Positions 16,986 to 23,593 of a DNA stretch of 64,000 nucleotides are shown here, one piece after another. The position numbers were made by a program, and so were the translations under genes. The DNA comes from a virus: the IMG/VR virus record IMGVR_UViG_3300032236_000765, positions 1 through 64,000 of that record, one strand, 5' to 3'. The notes under the pieces were generated by a model that was given only the letters and a program-made list of their open reading frames with translations, did no database searches and was not told where the DNA came from. Each line of letters opens with the position of its first letter. The stretch's first letter is position 1.

Positions 16986-17109
16986 CTGATATTCTTAGGA
17001 AGAGAGTTTGGAAGAATTGCACTTCCCTAGGATACTGACCTATCCTCTTTGCACTGGTCAGAGTGCAGAGTTCGCCACTTAACAGGAACTCCCTACCTAA
17101 GAATATCAG
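16986..17109 (-). ncRNA. Candidate 124-nt structured RNA with complementary hairpin loops
   Basis: 14-bp perfect closing stem; hairpin loops CTGACC and GGTCAG. Confidence 0.7.
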
Positions 17110-17212
17110 GTATAGATTTAGAATCTAAACTGCGACGGTGAGAACCGGCTTCGTCTTTAATCTTGTGCACCAGGAAACGACACAAGAACCGCTAGACCTA
17201 ATATTTTCTAAC

Positions 17213-17245
17213 AATGTCAAAGAACAAGAGCGTCTTTCGTCGCTC
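17213..17245 (-). promoter_or_regulatory. rrn-like boxB hairpin plus boxA antitermination element
   Basis: GAGCG-ACGAAAGA-CGCTC followed by TGTTCTTTGACATT just downstream of a promoter. Confidence 0.6.
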
Positions 17246-17258
17246 TCTCTATGTTCTA

Positions 17259-17287
17259 AATATAGCGCAGGTCCAATTCAGAGTCAA
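17259..17287 (-). promoter_or_regulatory. Sigma70-type promoter for tRNA operon
   Basis: TTGACT-N17-TATATT. Confidence 0.85.
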
Positions 17288-17323
17288 CCGAAAAACGACC
17301 TAGATGCGAAATATTTTTTAATA

Positions 17324-17398
<75 letters not shown>

Positions 17399-17558
17399 AA
17401 AATACGGTTTTTATCTACTTCACGAAGACTCGGGCGAATAGCGTATGCAACTCAATCATGCCTTACTCGCTTGCTCTTGGTAGCCCGGGCGTAACCGAAA
17501 ACCGGTAAATTGCTAGCCTAATACAAGACTAGCAAACTGAAAATATTTATATAGGTAT

Positions 17559-17611
17559 GCCAGCGAAAGATAATCTTTCATCCTTAATATGAGTAAGGAT
17601 CTTTCGCTGGC
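17559..17611. other. Long hairpin immediately 3' of small ORF
   Basis: GCCAGCGAAAGAT/ATCTTTCGCTGGC 13-bp stem with inner ATCCTTA/TAAGGAT. Confidence 0.55.
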
Positions 17612-17799
17612 TATATACCGATGATCTTTACTATGAGATTGAAAGGCCAAACATGTTCCCACAGAAAATGCTCTAGTGGATAGCTGATTGTTATACCTAT
17701 CCAGAACCTATAATCAGTGATTAGATTAGTACAATGATTGTAACATGTGGTCAAGAAGCCTGTTCTACTATAATGGTAGTGTGGTTCATTATTTTTCAT
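17611..17799 (-). CDS. Small membrane-associated hypothetical protein
   Basis: Start revised to MKNNEPH because the longer ORF overlaps RNA genes. Confidence 0.6.
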   Translation of the reverse strand: MKNNEPHYHYSRTGFLTTCYNHCTNLITDYRFWIGITISYPLEHFLWEHVWPFNLIVKIIGI

Positions 17800-17820
17800 G
17801 TTTTCTCTCTTTTTAATAGA

Positions 17821-17892
17821 TGGCGGCCCTGATGATTTTTCTCTCGTTGACACACTACCCATGATTGGAAGATGGTGGTGCGAGACAGGGCC
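17821..17892 (-). ncRNA. CCA-ended non-cloverleaf tRNA-like RNA
   Basis: Perfect acceptor stem GGCCCTG/CAGGGCC plus GCCA; no D- or T-arm. Confidence 0.6.
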
Positions 17893-17900
17893 ATAAACTT

Positions 17901-17975
17901 TGGTGCGCGATGCAGGAGTTGAACCTACCACCTCTTCCATGTCAAGGAAGCGTTCTACCGATGAACTAATCGCGC
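17901..17975 (-). tRNA. tRNA-Val(GAC)
   Basis: Loop TTGACAT, A73. Confidence 0.95.
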
Positions 17976-17981
17976 ATTGTC

Positions 17982-18057
17982 TGGTACTAGGTATTGGATT
18001 CGAACCAATCCACTGAGTTCCACAAACTCATGTGCTGACCGCTAACACTAACCTAGC
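17982..18057 (-). tRNA. tRNA-His(GTG), alphaproteobacterial type
   Basis: Loop TTGTGGA; no G-1; G1-U72; A73. Confidence 0.9.
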
Positions 18058-18124
18058 ATGAATTGCGGTAAAGGATATGGATCAAGCCTTTGAGGCTTTG
18101 TTACCGACACTATATATTAAGTGT

Positions 18125-18595
18125 TTAGTTCTTCACATACTTGTTGTATGCAGCGATCCAATCAGTTGAGATTTCTTTCTGAGCAGTTGCCATATCGATC
18201 TGACCTGAACAAATCATCTTGTGTAACTTGTTTTCTAATGCATCTTTCAAGTGTGCATTATAAGGAGATGATGTGTATGACTGTGGCCAGAGATTCTTGA
18301 CATCATTTGCACCGCCTAGTTCAAGTGAGATCAAGTGATCTATCTCAAACTTGTCAGACTTAGGATCGATCTTGTATTCAGCAAAAACTTGCTTCTTCAC
18401 AGATTCAGGTACGTTACGGACCTTCTTGCCCTGTGCGTCTGTGCCGCTGGTGTAATTCGGTACACATACTACTGCTTTTGTTGCAGCAGGATTGACTACA
18501 CCAGGGGTCAACACAGGATCAGGCTTCTGAGGAATGTCAGCAGCATATGCAGAAACAGAAATTGATAGTAAAGCTAATGTTAATAATTTTTTCAT
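18125..18595 (-). CDS. Secreted His-Me finger (HNH-like) protein
   Basis: Sec signal peptide (AYA/AD); EIDHLISLELGGAND.KNLWPQ. Confidence 0.75.
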   Translation of the reverse strand: MKKLLTLALLSISVSAYAADIPQKPDPVLTPGVVNPAATKAVVCVPNYTSGTDAQGKKVRNVPESVKKQVFAEYKIDPKSDKFEIDHLISLELGGANDVKNLWPQSYTSSPYNAHLKDALENKLHKMICSGQIDMATAQKEISTDWIAAYNKYVKN

Positions 18596-18621
18596 GATTA
18601 CATCCTTTACTATATTTATCT

Positions 18622-18699
18622 TGGCAGCTCCTGAGGGATTCGAACCCCCGACTTCTACGTTCGAAGCGTAGCACTCTAAATCCGCTGAGTTAAGGAGCC
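18622..18699 (-). tRNA. tRNA-Arg(TCG)
   Basis: Loop CTTCGAA, A20, G73. Confidence 0.92.
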
Positions 18700-18702
18700 T
18701 AA

Positions 18703-18776
18703 TGGCTGGGGAACTAGGACTCGAACCTAGAATAACGGTACCAAAAACCGCTGTGTTACCATTACACCATTCCCCA
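18703..18776 (-). tRNA. tRNA-Gln(TTG)
   Basis: Loop TTTTGGT, U1-A72, G73. Confidence 0.95.
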
Positions 18777-18782
18777 ATGAAA

Positions 18783-18858
18783 TGGTGCCGCTTGCAGGAT
18801 TCGAACCTGCCACCTACTGATTACTAATCAGTTGCTCTACCAAATGAGCTAAAGCGGC
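18783..18858 (-). tRNA. tRNA-Thr(AGT)
   Basis: Stem ACTGA/TCAGT, loop TTAGTAA. Confidence 0.93.
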
Positions 18859-18933
18859 ATTAAAACATATGTGTATTTATTTCGTGAAAAATTTTAATTA
18901 AGAATAAATAAGATATAACAAGGGATTATTAAA

Positions 18934-19533
18934 ATGAGAAGCAGAATATACAACAGAATTCATCGTGTTCAAAACATGATTGTTATGATTGAAAATGAAG
19001 TGAAGACGATCAAGAGAATGCAACGTCGTTTACTTGAATCTGTTAAACAAGTTCCTCCCGAGGAAGATCGAAGAACATCAGATGTTGAATTTATCATAGC
19101 ACAGATGCCTTTAATTTTAGGAGGTTCATTACTCTTAGGTGCTTTGGAATATCTGTTAGATGTCGTTCAAAGAGGAGGAATTCATCACAGTGCAGCATTC
19201 TGGGCAGTTCACTCTTTTCTAGGTGAACTTATTGCATTGCCAATTATAGTACTTTTCATTTTTGTGGAAGAAAGTGAAGGGAGCGAAGGAAATGCTCGCT
19301 TAAGTGAAAATGCTAACAAAATTAAAAAGTTTGCTGATGATCATGAAATGGATCCAAAGAAAAACAACATAGGAGACCTCATTATTGCTCTCCTCAATGA
19401 TACTAAAAACGGAAATTATACGGTTGTCCAAGGAAAAAATATGTTTTCCAGGATTATACAGAATCTTAAACATAGCCATGATCCTAGAGTCCAAGCTGCA
19501 ATAAACAAGGAAAAGCGAAAGATAGCAGCATAA
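18934..19533 (+). CDS. Putative head-packaged membrane protein
   Basis: Leader ending LLES; two hydrophobic helices; ATAAATA upstream. Confidence 0.7.
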   Translation: MRSRIYNRIHRVQNMIVMIENEVKTIKRMQRRLLESVKQVPPEEDRRTSDVEFIIAQMPLILGGSLLLGALEYLLDVVQRGGIHHSAAFWAVHSFLGELIALPIIVLFIFVEESEGSEGNARLSENANKIKKFADDHEMDPKKNNIGDLIIALLNDTKNGNYTVVQGKNMFSRIIQNLKHSHDPRVQAAINKEKRKIAA

Positions 19534-19558
19534 AACATATTATATAAGAAAATATAAA

Positions 19559-20104
19559 ATGAATCAGATGCCGCATAACAAACTTCGTAAAATCCAAAAC
19601 AAGATCACAATGCTTGAATATGAAATAAGAACAATCAAGCAAGTGCAGCAACAATTGTATGAGGCAAAAAAAGTTGGAAATGCATTAAAAGTTAATCGTC
19701 CTAGAGTAACACCTAGAAAAATATTAATGTTACTTTCTGCTATAGTGTCGGCTGCTTCCATGGTAGGTGCTGCTACCGCAGTTGTTCCAGGTTTAGCTAT
19801 TTTTTCAAATTTATTTGTTAGAATTTTTATGAGTATTGCTATTAATGTTCCAGCACTCAATGAGCTTAGAAATGAAGTACAACATAATAAAAAGCTCAAA
19901 GATATTATTGATAAAATAGATCCTAATGCTTTGAAAATGAATATGTTAGATTTCTTAACCAAATTCCAAGAAGCAATTGATGCTAAAACACTAACCCCAG
20001 AAGAAATAGAGTATTTAAAAGTGGCAATAGGAAATTCCAAAGATTTCCAAAATGCTATCAAGCAAGCAGATAAACAGACCAAGCAACAATCAACTGCACA
20101 ATGA
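19559..20104 (+). CDS. Paralog of 18934..19533
   Basis: Shared N-terminal leader ending LYEA; hydrophobic segment. Confidence 0.7.
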   Translation: MNQMPHNKLRKIQNKITMLEYEIRTIKQVQQQLYEAKKVGNALKVNRPRVTPRKILMLLSAIVSAASMVGAATAVVPGLAIFSNLFVRIFMSIAINVPALNELRNEVQHNKKLKDIIDKIDPNALKMNMLDFLTKFQEAIDAKTLTPEEIEYLKVAIGNSKDFQNAIKQADKQTKQQSTAQ

Positions 20105-20120
20105 TCATAAAATAAATAGA

Positions 20121-20295
20121 TAGCCTTTTGTTTTGACAAGCGAGGCTATGTTATCCGGCATTTCGGACTTGCCCGCTTGTGAGGAATATTCCTCACTGCT
20201 AGATTTTACTCTCTGCGTTATCGCCGCAGATTTCATCCCTAACACCGCCCCTTCTTTTTTTATAGTGCTTTGCAGGCTCGTTCCGACATGCACTT
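20121..20295 (-). ncRNA. Candidate pseudoknotted structured RNA
   Basis: Several hairpins plus crossing pairings; GC-richer than its flanks; no credible ORF. Confidence 0.45.
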
Positions 20296-20303
20296 CTAAA
20301 TGG

Positions 20304-20333
20304 AAAACCCCGAGAGTCTTTTGATTCCCAGGG
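20304..20333 (-). terminator. Intrinsic terminator/attenuator
   Basis: CCCTGGGA...TCTCGGGG-TTTT. Confidence 0.6.
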
Positions 20334-20553
20334 CCTAAATAAACTAGTTATGATCTATGTTTACTTTTGCCCGGGCTCCAATGGTTGAATAAATTTGCCG
20401 CGGTTTGTTGGATATGCTGCCAACATTAATACCAAAGAGGTTTCTATTCCCCAATTCGTGGTATCATGTCTCAGCAATGTCGAACAATTAGTAATCATAA
20501 CAAGTTTATTTAGTCCTGCGAATAATTAATCTCTTTTTCTCATCATGTTTTTC

Positions 20554-20582
20554 ATTCTATATGCAGTAGAAAAGAATGTCAA
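20554..20582 (-). promoter_or_regulatory. Sigma70-type promoter facing the tRNA region
   Basis: TTGACA-N17-TAGAAT. Confidence 0.75.
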
Positions 20583-20607
20583 GAACTTTTTTCCTATAAA
20601 TAAAATC

Positions 20608-21168
20608 ATGGACTTCGACGCATTCTCTCATGGACAAATCCAAAGCAAGTTGTGGCTTTGCAAAGAACTTGAACGATTCATATACGCGAACATCAAGATC
20701 GTCATACTAGGAAGCTGGTATAACGTTCTTGCGTTTATGCTTCTTACACGAAACGCAGACCGATATCAACATATTTTGGGTGTAGACCTTGATCCGGAAG
20801 CAAAAGAGATTGCTGATAAAATCACTAATGCCTGGCGTATTGGTAAAGATTACAAGGTCGAGAACAAGATAGCTGATGCAAACCTTGAAAATTTGGATGG
20901 CTACGACCTTGTAATCAATTGCTCACCTGAGCATATGGAAGGTAATGATTGGTTTGAGAATCTTGAATACGGTACGATGGTGTGTATTCAATCTAGCAAC
21001 GTGCAGACTAAAGATGATGATGTTTGGAAATGTGTCAATCCAAACGAATCATTAGAGGATTTGGCAATAAAATACCCGTTATCAAAGTATCTTTACTCTG
21101 GGGAGAAAGAGATCAGATACAGTGATGATAACGGGTATAAACGTTTTATGATAATCGGAATCAAGTAA
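20608..21168 (+). CDS. Class I SAM-dependent methyltransferase-like protein
   Basis: SKLWL, VILGSWY, VDLDP, DLVINCS.EH, RFMIIG; TATAAATA 5 nt before ATG. Confidence 0.75.
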   Translation: MDFDAFSHGQIQSKLWLCKELERFIYANIKIVILGSWYNVLAFMLLTRNADRYQHILGVDLDPEAKEIADKITNAWRIGKDYKVENKIADANLENLDGYDLVINCSPEHMEGNDWFENLEYGTMVCIQSSNVQTKDDDVWKCVNPNESLEDLAIKYPLSKYLYSGEKEIRYSDDNGYKRFMIIGIK

Positions 21169-21682
21169 CTTTGATTATAGATGCAATAACAGCAGCAATG
21201 TTAGCAATATCTTGCACCTGTGCATCAGTATAATCTTTGCTCTTTATCATCTCTACTAGTGCAAATGCTCGACTGTGCTGAAGCACTATAGCAGCAGCAA
21301 ATGCATACATAGCAGTCTTGCCTGTCGCATCCTCTATGATAGGTTCAAACTTTTCTAGCTTATATGGAGGATTTCCTACAGATGCTTTATACGTCGCATC
21401 CAGATATCCTAGATACACGGTGTCTATGGCGATGCCGGTTACAGCTTGAGACACTAGTTCACGTTCTGATCTGCCGAACAGTGGGCCATTCATTGAGATT
21501 TCAAATGCGAGTTCCGAATTACCGGATGCAGTTGCTGCTGCTAATGCACAGGCGTGTGCATCAATCTCATCTAATTGATGCTGCGTCATCACAATCTGAA
21601 GATTTTTTTCTAGGTAGGATAGATGCTCAGGTAGGCTATTCTTAACAGCATCTATCCAATTGGTAGTTCCAAATTTATTCAT
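21161..21682 (-). CDS. AhpD-like protein lacking CxxC
   Basis: IDAVKNSLPE, ACALAAA.A.GN.EL, VQDIANIAAVIAS resemble AhpD. Confidence 0.65.
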   Translation of the reverse strand: MNKFGTTNWIDAVKNSLPEHLSYLEKNLQIVMTQHQLDEIDAHACALAAATASGNSELAFEISMNGPLFGRSERELVSQAVTGIAIDTVYLGYLDATYKASVGNPPYKLEKFEPIIEDATGKTAMYAFAAAIVLQHSRAFALVEMIKSKDYTDAQVQDIANIAAVIASIIKVT

Positions 21683-21729
21683 TTTGTTTTCTCTATACTA
21701 ATATATGTATGTAACAGATGAAATACAAC

Positions 21730-21900
21730 TCAAGATTTTTTTACTGCCACGTAACGATTCTTTTGGTAATCCTTGCGAATATCGTACAGGCTTTTGATGA
21801 CCTGTATAGTTTTGAGGCTATCACCTTCTGTACGGCTGATGCCTTCAATATCGCGGATCTTGTCGATAAGATCAGCCGGAGTTTTCGCAGTGATGATCAT
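21730..21900 (-). CDS. Small hypothetical protein (56 aa, MIITAKTPAD...)
   Basis: GAGGAGA SD; below the ORF-track cut-off. Confidence 0.65.
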   Translation of the reverse strand: MIITAKTPADLIDKIRDIEGISRTEGDSLKTIQVIKSLYDIRKDYQKNRYVAVKKS

Positions 21901-21918
21901 ACGTAGTCTCCTCGAATA

Positions 21919-22266
21919 CTATGCAGCGAGAGTGTTGCAGGCGCATTGGCCCCGCCGGATCATCATCTGAAGACCAGCTTGAGTCTGGGGCAGACCGCGC
22001 TCCTTCAGCCACTTCTTGATGTGCGGCAGAAGATAGCCCTTGGTCTCGGCGATGCGAAGCGGAGCCATTCCCGCATCCTGCATTGCAAAATATTCTTCGA
22101 CGGTGAAGTTCTTGATCAGGAAAGTGATGAACGTAGCCTTACCGCCACCGCGCTTGGAAAAGTTCGCAACGAACTTGCGCTCTGCATGAGGGGTAGACCA
22201 GCCTTGCGGGGCATACGAGAGCCAACCGTTAGAGTCGATGAGAGTTTCTTTCGTGAACTTAGTCAT
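21919..22266 (-). CDS. Early hypothetical protein
   Basis: ACGGAGA SD, own promoter, GC-rich. Confidence 0.8.
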   Translation of the reverse strand: MTKFTKETLIDSNGWLSYAPQGWSTPHAERKFVANFSKRGGGKATFITFLIKNFTVEEYFAMQDAGMAPLRIAETKGYLLPHIKKWLKERGLPQTQAGLQMMIRRGQCACNTLAA

Positions 22267-22301
22267 GTGTATCTCCGTTCGCTCGTTTCTGTCTATGATT
22301 C

Positions 22302-22330
22302 AATATAGCAAAATGGGTAACCGAAGTCAA
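22302..22330 (-). promoter_or_regulatory. Early promoter (conserved-spacer class)
   Basis: TTGACT-tcggttacccattttgc-TATATT. Confidence 0.88.
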
Positions 22331-22334
22331 GCCT

Positions 22335-22520
22335 TTATTTCGGATAAATCACATATTGTTCATCGATATAGATGGTGTTACCGTCTTCATCGCGGATGAC
22401 GATATCCTGAATGTACTCCTCAGGGTCATCCGTGCGGAACATGAAAGTTCCAGTGACGAGTTCGTCCTCGCCCCGAGCGTTGACAACGTAACCCTGAACA
22501 ATTTCGCCGACCTTGAACAT
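22335..22520 (-). CDS. Small acidic early protein
   Basis: MFKVGEIV start; own promoter. Confidence 0.75.
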   Translation of the reverse strand: MFKVGEIVQGYVVNARGEDELVTGTFMFRTDDPEEYIQDIVIRDEDGNTIYIDEQYVIYPK

Positions 22521-22551
22521 GATGTCTCTCTCGCTCGCTGCTTACATTGTT

Positions 22552-22580
22552 AATATAGCGGAATGGGTAACTCATGTCAA
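22552..22580 (-). promoter_or_regulatory. Early promoter (conserved-spacer class)
   Basis: TTGACA-tgagttacccattccgc-TATATT. Confidence 0.88.
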
Positions 22581-23593
22581 CCTTTTTGTACCAAAAAAAG
22601 CGGTCCGTCGATAAATTTATTTCTATCCTGATTCATCATTCCAGCTTGCATTTCTTTGATCATCTCAGGAGTCAGATGTCTAGCTCTCATCTGTGAATCA
22701 TGAAAGAATATATGAACTTCTACAAAAGCATCACCCTCTAACCGTTGGATAGCTATCATACGATGACGCCCTTCATGTCCTGTGACCCTAGCAGGTTGGA
22801 TGAAGTCTCCGTCTTCCCACTGAGCAGGAATCTTAACAATCAAGAAAGGGGCGCCCAGCCCGCCACCATTTTGTAGATGGTCGATGATATCATTTATCGT
22901 TTTTTGATTAGGATGTTTAATTGGTGCAGCTAATTGGAAGAATGTCGAAGGACGCATCAGCACACGCAATCCTAGGTAGTCTACGTTTTCATTGTTTGGA
23001 GTCTGTCCCCATCCATTCGCGTTGTCTACCTTGTATTCATCTAGCTCATTTTCTCTAGATGTAACAGCGAGTTTGTTCTTTATTCCTTCATCAACTGGAC
23101 TCTTGCTGATAGGAACTTTCTTACGATTGGTGAGAAAATAGGTATTGAACCAAGCTGTGCTTTCAACATCCCATTTACTCATAAACGTATTATTCCGGCG
23201 TTCCATGCCCTCTGGATTATGATGTATAGCATCATAATCTTTCTCTAACAATTGCCAGGGCATCTTAGTGAATAATTCTGCAGGATCTTTGATTTGGACA
23301 CCATATTTTCTAGCAATCATCATGGCATCACTGTCTGTGTTAATGACTAGTATTCGTGCACCTGGTCTGACATCCATCAATGTGCCTTCATCACTTACCC
23401 ATTCAGGCATCTCACCATAACACCAGTCTACCCAATCACTCGTATAACCATTCTTGACTTTTATAGCAGTGCTAGTCCATAACGCAGCATCAGGCTTCAG
23501 TGATGCTTCATTAGTCTTTACAGGACGTGGAACATATAACTGCGGACCTAAACTCACATTTTTGTCCTCAGCTACTAAATCAGATGCTCTCAT
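22577..23593 (-). CDS. Putative head-packaged two-domain protein (ART-like plus ParB/Srx-like)
   Basis: MRASDLVAE leader; LWTS...WDVES; GHEGRHRM. Confidence 0.55.
   Translation of the reverse strand: MRASDLVAEDKNVSLGPQLYVPRPVKTNEASLKPDAALWTSTAIKVKNGYTSDWVDWCYGEMPEWVSDEGTLMDVRPGARILVINTDSDAMMIARKYGVQIKDPAELFTKMPWQLLEKDYDAIHHNPEGMERRNNTFMSKWDVESTAWFNTYFLTNRKKVPISKSPVDEGIKNKLAVTSRENELDEYKVDNANGWGQTPNNENVDYLGLRVLMRPSTFFQLAAPIKHPNQKTINDIIDHLQNGGGLGAPFLIVKIPAQWEDGDFIQPARVTGHEGRHRMIAIQRLEGDAFVEVHIFFHDSQMRARHLTPEMIKEMQAGMMNQDRNKFIDGPLFLVQKG

Noticed and set aside
18066-18106. Small hairpin CGGTAA...AAGCCT/AGGCTT...TTACCG as an ncRNA
   Set aside because: Too short to distinguish from a processing or termination stem after the secreted HNH gene
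20121-20295. RNase P RNA or two-piece tmRNA
   Set aside because: GAGGAA and ACAAAAGGCTA only loosely resemble RNase P conserved regions and P4 cannot be formed; no tag peptide or G3-U70 acceptor/T-arm
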